Shown here: piece after piece, positions 1 through 12,363 of the stretch | Position numbering within the stretch: position 1 is the stretch's first letter | How the letters are laid out: every line of letters starts with the position of its first letter | Assembly (NCBI GenBank): GCA_964016885.1 | Contig: OZ024750.1 | Span: 50,344,001-50,408,000 of the forward strand | Reading direction: 5' to 3' | Origin: Eledone cirrhosa | Taxonomy: Eukaryota | DNA: 64,000 bases | Translations under genes and position numbers: made by a program | Notes under the pieces: generated by a model | What the model saw: only the letters and a program-made list of their open reading frames with translations | Databases searched by the model: none | What the model was told of the DNA's origin: nothing

Positions 1-417
1 AGATACGTCTGAACCAAAGCTATATGTGTCAAAATTGGTCGACTGTAGCTGAGTATACCTCCGTCGAAAAGATGGATTTTGTTCTTAGGTAAATAACTTA
101 GTCTGTCACCTTGTTTAACGAATCTTTTTTGTCCTTCGATAATTTTAGTGGAGTCCAATCTGCTGCAAACATTCATACCTTGTTTTCACAATTGTGCCTG
201 GAGGTAGGTCTCAAAGACCGTGATAAAATGTTGAAATGAGGTGTGGGAGGGGGGGGGGGGGGTTATTAGAGAATCTCTGTATTTCAATCAATGACTAAAA
301 TAAATTCTCTCAATGTAATTGTTTTAGCTTCGAAGTCAATAGTATATAACTCCGAAATAAATAATTTATTACACGTACGCACAAGCACCCATACCTACCC
401 ATATAAGTATATATATA

Positions 418-577
418 ATTGTTTCTAATTTTGACACAAAGCCAGCAATTATCTCAGTGTATTACTGGTACTGTATTTTATCGACCCCGTAAGGGTGAAA
501 GGCAAAGTTAACCTTGGCGGGATTTGAACTCAGACTATAAAGGGGCGTAACTCTTTGCTACAAAGCATAGCGTCTGA
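418..577 (-). mobile_element. tRNA-derived SINE copy (5'-truncated)
   Basis: Reverse complement matches the SINE at 14205-14397, including the B-box GAGTTCAAATCC, the core CTTTGCCTTTCA..GGGGTCGATAAAAT and the tail AGAAACAATT. Confidence 0.85.
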
Positions 578-1609
578 GTATATATGTAATGTGGGCTTAT
601 TAATCATTCATTGAGCCGTGGCATCAAATAAATAATTGTATAGGATATTTTCAGGAGAGTGACATGAGATATTGAACTGAACAAAACAAAATGTTATTAA
701 GATATCTAGACGTCTAGTAGATCGAACAATATACTGTTCATCTCCCCAATCGACAGAGTGTCTATCATACAAATAAATATAATATAGGTATATCTAGAAA
801 TGCATGATACTGAGATGCTAAAACTAGTTGATCATCATTCTAATTTTGTTAGCTATATAGTTGGAAAGATCTTTAAATAATACGTATGTATGTTTGTGTG
901 TGTCTCTACCTCTCTCTCTCTCTCCCTCTCTTTTATATATATATATAGCAATCTACATATCTATTTATCTATCTATAGATATGTGCCTATAATTCTAAAT
1001 AATGTTGAAAGTGCACCGTCATAAGATACAGCGTGCCTTGGTCATTTTAAAACTGGTGGCACGCATTCTTCTCTAGGTCTGAACATAATCTATTTATTTA
1101 GAGATACGAGAGGCAGAGTGATGGAAAGAAAGTAGGAAAGAGAAAGAGAGGGGGAATAGAAACCATTACTATTCTATGATACTTGATTTATCGACCACGA
1201 AATGTTGAAAGGTAAATTTACCTTGGCAGAATTTGAACTCATGTCGCAGTTATGTTGCAGCATTCTTAACAATAATTTGTCACCTTGTAATAATATATTT
1301 TGTATATTTTAGTAAACACCCGTCGCTAGTCTGCGGGTAAAAATATTTCTTAATCATGTACGTAGCTTCATAAATTGTTTAAATAATGTTCAGATTGACT
1401 TTCTCGTTGAATAATAACATTTATTTGAAATACTAACAATGCAGCCGTTATTACTAAAACTAAAACTGTACCTCGAATGATAGGGCCAGTAAATAGTAGA
1501 CAGTTGTATAATCAAATATTTATTTTCTTTGATCTGTGTTACGTTATCTGTAGGTTGAAGTCTTTTTTTAGTCAATCTTTTACACACACACACACATCTT
1601 GTAACGTTT

Positions 1610-1760
1610 TCATTACAATAGAACAGGAGGAACATAACAACATCACCGATGATGTTACAGGGGTGTGACGAACGAACTCTGAAAAACTATATTTATATCT
1701 ATATTTTTAACAGTTGGACAATCAATGATAAACATTGATTACCAGCTGAATTAATTATGG
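1610..1760 (+). mobile_element. PLE 3'-end fragment related to 62735-62895
   Basis: Shares ACAGGAGGAACATAA...GATGAT...GAA.GAACT...CAATGATAAACATTGA with the end of the PLE at 61500-62895. Confidence 0.6.
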
Positions 1761-2445
1761 CAATATCATAACAACATAACCCTCCCAAAATATAACAATA
1801 GTTGCTTCAACACACGATTTCATATCAAATCCTTGCAAAGAAATTCATCGCCGAAAGATTGGTAGATATTGAAATGTGACAATTTGTTAATATAACCTGA
1901 CCGTATATTGATTTACGCTTTACACCATTTAACCGTTTTATCGTCTCCCTTTCTCTCTCACACACACTCTATTAAATATACTAGCAGAAAAACCATCCCT
2001 CTGGTGATTTTCTGCTAGCATGTGCAGTCTGTATATTGATATTATACGCAAGTATATATACATGTAGATATGATACATCAAATAAAATCGTAATTTACAA
2101 TATACACAGAAATTGAACGAAGACTGTGTTACAATGTCTTATGTAATCAGAAACGTAATTCATGTTACATTAAAAAAAGACGATATTATATATAAACTGC
2201 ATTAGGAGAAAATTATTGACAGAAAAGTAGAATGTTTATTTAAGCGATCGCCAAACAAAAGTGTTTCAGAAATTTTAAAGAAGTGGATTTTTAAATAAAC
2301 AAAATATATTTAATCAACAGCCACGAAGTTTAGTAGATAAATTATGTAATATTAATTCATTATTTATTCAAAGTAATCCAACTTATTTTACTTAAGGCAT
2401 AAACAAATTATAAACCATACGCAATCCCGCGCTCCTTACTTTAAT

Positions 2446-2484
<39 letters not shown>

Positions 2485-2916
2485 AGAAATAGAGAGAGAG
2501 ACAAACATACGGATAGAGAGAGGGAAAGAAAGAGAAAGAGAAGGAATGAGCAATCATCATTTCTGTAATTCGGGGAAAGTGTATTTAAATTTGTACACTG
2601 TAGCTTTCACCAATCTTTGCCTCTATGGCAGTAGGATCTTGTTTGAGGGAGATTTGTTTCCTATTTCTATTAGCTATACCAACAGTTATAGTGGCTCACA
2701 TGACATACATGACATACATACACACACGTGTATGTGTAAGACAGTTGTTTGTGATTTGAAATGGATTTTGCTAATATTTCTAGTAGATCGAGTTATTACA
2801 TAAACCATTCCTTTCTTGCTTCATACATATATACATACCAGAGAAAGTAAGGTGGGATTTGAAGGAAATTTGGCTGCTATTTCTGCCCAACAAAGTCCTC
2901 ACTTATACTACTTTAT

Positions 2917-5190
2917 ATAGCAGAGGTACCCGGGAATGCCTGCATATTCCTCCAAAGTAACATTATGCAGTAAATTTACGGCTTCAGAATTCCTTGCAAA
3001 CTACATAACTAAGGAATTAGGATGTGTGTGTATGGTCATTGAATGAGGATTTACGACATTGCTCATTACAAAGCCTCTGGATAAACAACATTCTTGGTTT
3101 TGCCCTGTGATGCCACAATGGAGAGACAATCAGGATTCCCAATCCTTGTTGTGCCAACATAGAGTTGATCATGTGAAAAGATAGGATCTGCCAGATTCAA
3201 CCCAATGACTTTCAATGATTGCCCTTGAGATTTATTAATGGTCATGGCAAAACTGAGCTTCTTCGGAAATTGAAGTCTTTGAAATTCAAATGGCAAATCA
3301 GTTGGCTTCAGAGGTATTCTTGCAATGAAATAATTGTCACCAGCAAATTTGTCTGAAATTATTGCAACTTCTAGAACATTGGACATTATATTTTTGAAGA
3401 TGAGTTTGTCTTGTGCCATTACAAAGTTTTGGAGGATCCAGATTGCGAAGTAGCATAACCGATGCTACAATCCTCAGTATCAGGTTGTGTGGAGGAATTC
3501 CCGCTTGTTCAAGACTTTAAAAATTCAGTTGGATAGTTTACAAACTGGTCTTGAGAAGTGATTGTGTCAACTGATTTGTAGCATATTTTCTCTCCAGGTA
3601 ACATCTCCAGCAGCCTTCTGTTGATTTCTTACACGGCAACATTTTTAGGTGCTAAGATTGCTCGTTCACAGAGCCATTTCTGAATGCCTGGTCTGAATGT
3701 TTGGAAACACTCTGGCAATCAGTTCTTGTTCTGTGTCAATGGTATGACAACTGAATATGGGCCTTGGAGTCCTTTTCATTAAGTCCATTTCCCAATGTAA
3801 GTAGTTGGATGGAAAACTCACTGACACCTTCGTCACCAGTTAAGTGCACTCGCACGTCGGTTGTAGGCTCAGCAGCTGAAAGCGGAGCCAGAGATAGGAT
3901 GTTTTCAGACAGGCATTGACCTTATCAGCTCGAGTCCCTTGAAGAATTACAGGCAGAGTTTGTCTGAAATCACCCGGAAGAACCATTGTCACTCCTCCCA
4001 TTATGCAACTATTTTCTCTCAGATACCTTATCGTCCGGTCCGAAGCTTCCATTGCCCTTTTATGGCTCATAGTAGCTTCATCACAAATTATCATCTTGCA
4101 TGTTTGCAGAAGCTTGCCCTTGGGGGAGTTCTTCTTGATGTTGCGAAAAGATTGTTCATGCCGTGTGAGATCTATGGGCAGCTTAAACATGGAGTGTGCA
4201 GTTCTTCCTTCCAAAAGTGTTGCTGAAATGCCACTTGAAGCCACAGCAAGGGCAATATGTTGCTTTTTGTGAACTTTTGCAAGCAGGAGCTTTATGAGGA
4301 ATATCTTGCCTGTGCCAGCTGGAGCATCGATGAAGAAAAGTCCTCCCCTATCATTTTCAATGTTTTCGATGAAATGGTTGGCGTCATCCATTAATCGAGG
4401 TTCATTTCATCCACAGACTTACGCAATGCTTGTATATCGTAGTTTGTCTCCTGAAGAATGTCTTGTGCTACCTCCATTTCTTCATCTGGCTCTGGCATCC
4501 CGTAATTAGCCAATGGTCTATTCATTGCCTGAACTCGATGGGACAGGTCACAGGGAGCTTGATTGTAAATATACATATTGTCATGATGTCTTCAGGCTAG
4601 GTGCAGATAATCGTCCGACATATTGTTTCTGTACTACTGCCAGAGTAGCTGAGCTTGCTTCATCAATTCCACATGCTGTGAGCATAATAGCAACTAAATT
4701 GTCTTATTTGACTGGCTACTTCAGTGATTTCTGCTTCCTCTAGGCACTTCTTCCAGTGTCCATTGTCATGCAGGAGTCCATGCTGTTTACATGCTTCTTG
4801 GTATGTTGCGCACTCCCTTTCCCTGAAGCACATACGATCCTCAAATGACGTTGGTCCTAGAACAGTAGCAGAAGTAGCCGTAAATAAAAACATTCTCTGT
4901 TGTTGGGATGGACATTGTAAACCCGCCCAATAGCATTACTTGACTTGACTTCATGACCTTCCACTAAATTACCCTGCTTTCTTCGATTCCAGGTCTTGCA
5001 ATTTGTCCATGAGTAGTATGTTGGGACTTCAGCATAACGGAAGGACCGAGCAAATTCATCATCCTGGAAGAGTTTAAAGAGAGCAGTTAGTGTAGTATCA
5101 TGTGATGCTAGTGCCAACTGATGAGCAGTGATCTCAGTGAAGTACACTCTCTGTCCATTTTCCAGACGGACGGCGAGGGTGACCACTGTT
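2917..5190 (-). mobile_element. Helitron remnant: Rep C-terminal region plus PIF1-like helicase, multiply frameshifted, with a probable degenerate 3' terminus
   Basis: ORF fragments carry PTVVTLAVRLENGQRVYF, IGRVYNVHP, FFIDAPAGTGK (Walker A), AVASSGISATLL, ICDEATM, GDFRQTLPV, FAMTINKSQGQSL and TKNVVYPEAL. The minus strand ends ...GGCATTCCCGGGTACCTCTGCTAT at about 2917, resembling the hairpin plus CTAG end. Confidence 0.92.
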
Positions 5191-6908
5191 GGGAGAGGCG
5201 CAGACATGCGCCATTCCGGACAGATCCATACACGACAACCTCCACCTCATCCGATATATCATAGAGAAGGTGGTTAAGGAACCTGGCACGGGACGAGCCC
5301 TGATCAACTTGGATCAATCTAAATCATTCGATAGGGTCGACCATCGGTGCCTGGCGATGGTCCTCGAGGCAGCCGGTTTCGGGCCCGTTTTCAAGGGTTG
5401 GGTCGCTGCGATGTACAGCGACATCTGCTCAGTTGTGAGGGTGAACGGTCACCTATCTCAGCCGTTCAGCTTCATGCGCTCAGTCCGCCAGGGTTGTCCC
5501 CTCTCGTCCCTCTTGTACGTATTTGCTCTCGAGCCGTTACTGCCCAAACTGGGGCGATGATGGGCGTCCCACGCGAACTAAGATACGGAGAATCCAAGTC
5601 GGCTTGGGCCGACGACGTCGACGTTGTGGTGTCGAGCACCAGACACGTCCAGATGCTCGGCATCGCTCTCAAGGAATACGAAGCGGTGACAGCAACAAAG
5701 ATAAACCAGGAAAAGTCAGTGGGCTTGCAGCTCGGCACCTGGAGAGGCAAATCCATGCCGTCCGACAGCGTCGTGGGGTGATGGACGGGCGGACCGGTTA
5801 AATTGCTCGGGGTCTGGTTCGGACCGGACCTCCAGATGGAAAAAAACTGGAACTAGGTGACGAGCAGGGTGGCCTCCCTCACCCAGAAATGGGCCGAGAG
5901 GAAGCTGTCTCTGAAAGGCAGGGTGGAGGTGGCGAATGCGTATATCGCATCCGTCATCTGCTACCGCCTCACCGTCGTCCCTTGCCCCGGCCCAACTCTG
6001 AATAAAATGCGCCTCCTCTTCCCCTTTTTGTGGAAGGGACGCGCTCCCATGTCCAGACGATCCATCTGCTGAGAACACCCGTTGCGTGGAAGACTGGGTA
6101 TGCCATGGCTGATCATGCGCAAACATGCGCTGTGGCTGCGACATCTCTGGTACTTCCTTGACGGTGAACAGGTGTGGTCGCCGTTTGCCAGGCACGTTTT
6201 CCCACAGCTCGTCTCCTTGACGGAGCTGCAGTCCTGGGTCAGAAGAAGACCGAGGGATAGCGCTTGGAAACTGGAATGTCTCCAGGCGCTCACTGCCCTC
6301 TGCCAGCTGGGCACCAGTGTCGTTGGAATATCCACTTCGGCGCTCTATAGAGAACTAGTGAAGGGGAATAGCGACGACGTTCTCTGAGAGCTACTGGGCG
6401 TCGAAGAAGATCAGCTGTTTGCTCTCTTCCGGAGAACTTTCAGCCCAGGGCCTATGGATAACTTCCAAAAATCCCTGGCCTACCTGTGCTACCGGGGAGC
6501 GCTGCTGGTTCGAGATAAGCTCTACAGGCACGGAAGTGCCGTCAGCCGAGCATGTCCGAGATGCGTGCAGAACGATGAAACCGTCGGGAACGCCCTCGTT
6601 CAGTGCCCGAGCATTGCTGAATTGTGCAGCTATGTCGAACAGTTGCTGTCGCGTGTAGGACTGATCCGGTTATCGACTGAGTCCATTGTGCAGATGGTCT
6701 CGCCGTCTTCCTTCGAGGAGGAAGGACAGGCGGTTTTCATCTGCCTGGTTGCCATGGCGAAAGTGATTGTGTGTGGACAAGGTTGAAAGGGTTACAGACA
6801 GACACTTTCCGTTTCGGCGAATACCTAATTAACTTTTTCAAGTTTCACTTGAAGATGAATATCACGGTGGGTAGGTAAGTGCTGCCTTCTAGCAAGTTTG
6901 TTGAAAGA
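5189..6908 (+). mobile_element. Non-LTR retrotransposon (Tx1/L1-type) reverse transcriptase fragment, 5'-truncated, with stops and frameshifts
   Basis: RSIHDNLHLIR, LINLDQSKSFDRVDH, SVRQGCPLS, AWADDV (YADD equivalent), LSLKGRVEVAN, GRLGMP and the C-terminal CPRC..ETV.NALVQC knuckle, in a GC-rich block. Confidence 0.92.
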
Positions 6909-7420
6909 CAAAACCGTGTAAATAGTATAACTGAAGTCGTAGACGAAAATTCTAACTAGGAAACCGAATGATTCTCGGCTTCAGAGTTAAGAATAAAGTA
7001 AATAAAATACAGAGCTAAATGAAATTAGTTAGAATTTTAGTCTACGACTTCAGTTATACCATTTACGTGCAATTGTTCTCCCCGCTCCACATATGACGTA
7101 TTATCTTTGTTTTCTCCGTTCATTGCCAGATAACGTCTCAATGAACTACCTAATAGAATATTAGTCTACGGCTTCTTTTATACCATAAACGTGGTTTTGT
7201 CTTTGCGTGTAATTGTTTTTTACCGCTCCAAATAATGACGTATTATTCTTTGCCAGGAAACGTTTCCACGAACCAAAGTATCGTCTTCCTGTCTTCCTCC
7301 GGTTGCAACGTTTTTTGAAATATTCACTTCTACGTTCACAGATTGACTTTGTTAGTTTCAGAAGATCCCGTTAAGGGTGAAAGCAGCGACTCTTTGCTTA
7401 AACTTTAATCTGTTATTTTA

Positions 7421-7427
<7 letters not shown>
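6909..7427 (+). mobile_element. PLE-like 3' terminal segment with 5' inverted duplication and terminal HHR
   Basis: About 6916-6958 is the reverse complement of about 7027-7068. The segment ends in an HHR-like motif followed by (TA)n. A related reversed copy lies at 36710-36975. Confidence 0.7.
7354..7404 (+). ncRNA. Type I hammerhead-like motif, variant core CAGAAGA
   Basis: AGTTT-CAGAAGA-tCCCgttaaGGGt-GAA-AGCA..TGCT-T-AAACT, with stems I, II and III all pairing. Confidence 0.65.
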
Positions 7428-7473
<46 letters not shown>

Positions 7474-7654
7474 ATACAATAACAGAGATAGTTTAAAGCT
7501 AAACTCTGACTGGTAACATCTCACTCAACAAACATTAGGTTATATTTAAATATGAACCCAATTTAAGTGTTTGGGGTGCTAACAATATGTATAATGTGGA
7601 AAAACCAGTTGTATTATTTTATGAGATATAATTAAAGTTAAAGTATATCTCTCT

Positions 7655-7779
7655 TTCCAAACAATTGTTTCATTATAAGTTTTCTACAAGTTGGGAGAAT
7701 ATTTCCAGTTTATGTAGAAGCCTAATATATATTCATGTAAGAATATATTTAGGTGGTCACTTATAAATCATCAGTGGAA
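7655..7779 (-). ncRNA. Type I hammerhead ribozyme with very long stem II
   Basis: Minus strand TTCCA-CTGATGA-tTTATAAG...CTTATAAt-GAAAC-AATT-GTT-TGGAA, with a palindromic stem III. Confidence 0.75.
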
Positions 7780-7969
7780 GCCCATTAAACTTTGATATAA
7801 GAAAGAAATTCTTACCGCATTCAAAAATCGTGTCTGTCAAGTTGCTCCTTCTCGCATCGAATGACCGCCAAATTTGAAATTCCAGCAGTTTTTGACTGAG
7901 GAAGTATCATAGCGACACGAAGCGCGAAGGGGTGACAACTACGATCCACGAAAGGAGGAAAACAATAAT

Positions 7970-8465
7970 ATACACGTGGGTTAATTAGTTTTTTCGAAAA
8001 CATTGTCAATCCAACGTGTTAAGAACTCAATTGAAAATTAAAAAAATAATAAATATATGCGTGTATAAATTACATACGCATATAGATATTTTCTTAGGCA
8101 AAAATCAGAAGCTGTACCTGAATAAGAACCGCATCTCATAACCGCAGTAAATACAGAAAGTTATGCGTTAAAGGGCAAATGGGAATGTAAATCTCCGGCC
8201 GAATTAAGAGTAAAATATAAAACACACGCGGGTTAATTAGTTATTTCAAAACTAATATCAATTCCTCGTGTAAAGAACTCAATTAATTAAAGAAAATAAA
8301 TGTATGCATGTAATTATATACATAGGCATATATATATTTGTTAGGCTAAAAAACAGAGAAGTTACAACCAAAAAAAAACAACAACATTTCACAACAGTAA
8401 TAAGTACGGAAAGTCAAATTCATAAGGTACCTGGAAATAAACACCTCTGGCCAATCAAGAGTAAA
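7970..8465. repeat. Diverged tandem duplication, period about 250 bp
   Basis: ACACG.GGGTTAATTAGTT..TTC.AAA...AAGAACTCAATT occurs at about 7972 and about 8224, with colinear downstream sequence. Confidence 0.7.
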
Positions 8466-8541
8466 TTTTTAATACAATAACAGAGATAGTTTAAAGCTAA
8501 ACTCTGACTGGTAACCATCTCACTCATATATATAAAAAAAA

Positions 8542-8696
<155 letters not shown>

Positions 8697-8706
8697 TTAT
8701 AGAAGG

Positions 8707-8757
8707 AGCTTCTACAGGACTAGTACTGTTTCATTCAGATGAAATCTTCAGGAAGCT
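8707..8757 (-). ncRNA. Type I hammerhead ribozyme (inverted pLTR copy)
   Basis: Reverse complement of 13658-13708. Confidence 0.85.
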
Positions 8758-8970
8758 GGGTGTCATATTAAGTTCTGGTATTTATACATTTAGGTAGTGG
8801 TAAGGGAGGAGTGGTGGTTGGTGGGGTGGGGTATTTAGATACACAGGACCACTTCATGGCACAGGCCGTTTTTTCTTTGGGGAGTGGTCAATTAGCCAGA
8901 GTGCATTTTTGAAATAAATAAATAAGTAAATAAATAAATAAATAAATAAATGAATAAATAGATAAATGAA

Positions 8971-9025
<55 letters not shown>

Positions 9026-9313
9026 AAAAAAATAAAAAAAAAATAAATAAAAACCCCAAGAATAGTAATTCAACAGATATATAGTAGGGAAATTTTTTAG
9101 GTGGGTTGGTAATAGAAATTAAACATTTAACAAGACCGAATCATGGCACAGACTCGGGTGAGTGGTCAAGTTAACATACAAGCCACAGGTGGCCAGAGTG
9201 TTTTTGTAGAATGGAAAGAATAAAATATATTTACATATTCACAACCACATACAAAAACACTTACACACACATATATATACTTATATATATATATATGTGC
9301 ACATCTACACATT

Positions 9314-9353
<40 letters not shown>

Positions 9354-9382
9354 AATATGTGTGTGCGTATGCACATACACAC

Positions 9383-9431
<49 letters not shown>

Positions 9432-9727
9432 CATACACATATATACATATATACACAAGAAAAACACAAACACACAAATATACACACACACACTCATACA
9501 CATACACACACATATATATATCTACACATACACACGTGCGCATACACATACATATATATATATATATATACACACCTACATGTACGTATGCCTCTCGGTA
9601 TAAACTATACTATACATACACATACATACATATGCACACACATATATACACATACACACACACACACAAACACATACATTCACACATATATACATATATA
9701 CACATACACACACACATACATATATAA

Positions 9728-9796
<69 letters not shown>

Positions 9797-9797
<1 letters not shown>

Positions 9798-10402
9798 GGT
9801 GGCTGCCAACTCGTTTTCGAGTACGGCCACTACTTTATATCCATGTTGGAGAACTCCTACCGATGCGCTGAACGAATGTGACTTTAGTCCAGCCAGCGAC
9901 TTGAAAACTCTGGTACAAACACTACACTTGTGACAATTATTGACACATAGTGCTTTGCCTTTGGTACCATGTGATGACAAGTGCAGAGAGATCTCCAGAT
10001 ATAAAGCAATGCCTGTGCCGTGAAGCTTTTATAGTGAGCAAAGGCACTGCACAAAGCCAGTCCCACTCTCTTAACCAAGATGATATTTACCAAAAAGAAA
10101 AACAAGTCAACATCATTGGATACCATCAGAGTTGCAGGTGTTATATCAGAGTTTTCCTTCTCCTAGAATTCTGCCTTGACAAAGGCTAAGGGGTCATCTC
10201 TCCCGGTGATTTTGGATGGCCATTGACTCTTAAGAGCTCCTTTGCCCTTTGACAGGTTTTGTTTTTAGTCCTGCAGGATGTCCAAAGTCACCCTCCTCAC
10301 CAAGAAACCTTGGTGGGGTTGCCAGTTTAGTCGCCAACGACCCGACCATGGTACAGGTTGTACTGGAATACATGTTACCAGTAGCACCAAGTGGTGACCT
10401 GA
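9797..10402 (-). mobile_element. Short non-autonomous LINE derivative (RTE-like) inserted into the (TA)n tract of the PLE inverted arm
   Basis: Near-identical copy at 22890-23495. The 3' part encodes CSVCTRVFKSLAGLKSH (C2H2-like). It ends in a microsatellite and is absent from the partner arm near 12760. Confidence 0.75.
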
Positions 10403-10734
10403 CATATATAAACATATATACATACACACACATACACATATACAAGCACACACGCATACATACACATACATACATACAAATAAGTACACATAAACGCATA
10501 TGCACAAACACGCACTCGTTCGCACTCATACATGTGTCTATAATATAATGGTAGTGGGACAAATTTTAAATTTTAAATTTTAAATTTTAAACTGGGCCTG
10601 ATAGAGGATTAAAATAATTAATATCACTACTAAGTTATTAATATTATCATCAAGTAATTAATTACTATTTATTATTTACTATTCACCATTCACTATTCGT
10701 TACCTATCTTTTATCTTTTATCTATTCATCGCTA

Positions 10735-11965
10735 GATGTCACTGGATCAACAAAAAATCTGAGACCCCCTTCGACGTTAGCATGGGTGCTAGCGTCTCAG
10801 CTGAAATTAGTGACCTTGTGGGTCTGTTCATCCTCCACAGGTTGAAGACCCTCTTCACAGGCCTCTCCGGCGGTCTTTACCGAGATGACGGCCTCTTTGC
10901 CCTCCACAAATTCAACCCCAGGACCACGGATGGGTTCAGGAAAAACCTTTACACCTTCTTTAAAAACTTAGGCCTTAGGATTACCTTAGATTCGAACTTA
11001 ACTAAAGCTAACTTCCTAGACGTTACCCTCGACTTAGAAACTTCCCTTTACTACCCGTACTACAAACCTAATGAATCCCTTAGATATATAGACGTTAATT
11101 CTAACCACCCCAAAAATATATTAGACAACCTAGTAAAAAGTGTCTCCATTAGGATATCTAGCCTCGCCGCCAATGAAGATATATTTAGAGCAGCAGCCCC
11201 CTATTACAACGAGGCCCTGGCCCGCAGCGGCTTTAGAGATAAGATCACCTACCTTACTATAGCCCCACGCCCACCCAGGAAGAATAGGCGAAGGCACACT
11301 AGCTGGTACAACCCCCCCCCCCCCTTCAACCGAGAAGTTTCAACACCTGTAGCTAAAATTTTCTTCACTCTCTTACAAAAACACTTCCCCACCCAACATA
11401 GGTACTATACTATCCTTAATAAGAATACCATTAGACTCTCTTACTCTACCACACCTAATCTAGCTAGAAACTTAGCCAACAACAACATCAAGAAGCTAAA
11501 TAAGTCTACTTTTTCCGAAGCCCATCCAGCAACCGATAGCAACTGCAATTGCCCTGATAAAACGACCTGCCCTCTCAACAACAACTGTCTAAAAAAAAGA
11601 TCTCGTCTATATATGCGATGTACTCTCAGGCCCCGATGAAAAAAGAAACTCGTACATCGGGATGACTTCTAATAGTTTTAAGACTCGCTGGTACGCCCAC
11701 ACACATTCGTTCCGGCGCCCAGACAAATCTAACCAAACTACACTCGCCGCCCACATCTGGCACCTTAAAAGGAACTCCATCCCCTTCAAGACCGAATGGA
11801 GACTACTCCAGAGAGCGCGATCATACACGGGAGGCCATAATTGCTGTGACCTCTGTATCTCCGAGAGCTATGAGATTCTATTCGCCAAAGGCCCTCTCCT
11901 CAACAAGATCTCGGAACACTCCCCTAATTGCATGCACAAGAACTATGCAAATTACAAAAACTACA
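10735..11965 (+). pseudogene. PLE polyprotein fragment: RT (C-terminal half) plus GIY-YIG endonuclease
   Basis: FDVSMGASVSAEISDLVG, GLYRDDGL, FLDVTLDL, YIDVNSNHP, WYNPP..F, CNC...CPLNNNC, SYIGMTSNSFKTRWYAH and CDLCISE. One frameshift falls in the A-run at about 11590-11598. Confidence 0.93.
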
Positions 11966-12320
11966 GACCCCCCCGGCCCCCGACTGACCCCCCTCATATC
12001 ACCACCCCAGCCCAGCCCCCCCTTCCCATTTCCGTCCCTCCATCTCTCATTATTACCCTCTTTCCTCCCCTCCATCTCTCATTATTACCTTCTTTCCTCC
12101 CCTCCAGGTCTTATATATTGTGTTGTATGCCTCTGAGTAAGGTTCCGTGGCCGCACACACAAATTCACGTATATACCTGCTCATGTTTGCATACGTGCAG
12201 TTATGAACTGCTGCACGCACACGTTCGTGATTTATTTATCTATTTATCTGTATATTTATTTATTTATGTATTTATTTATTTATTTAGTTACTTTATTTAC
12301 TTATTTATTTATTTATCTAT

Positions 12321-12363
<43 letters not shown>

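Noticed and set aside
3066-4391. Host PIF1 helicase gene
   Set aside because: Intronless, frameshifted, and preceded by Helitron Rep-region motifs
9211-9727. Long ORFs rich in Y/I/H/T/C/V (also at about 12600-13200, 47750-48300, 50239-50739, 63232-63764 and many others)
   Set aside because: Translations of (TA)n, (CA)n and (CATA)n microsatellites, with no coding signal
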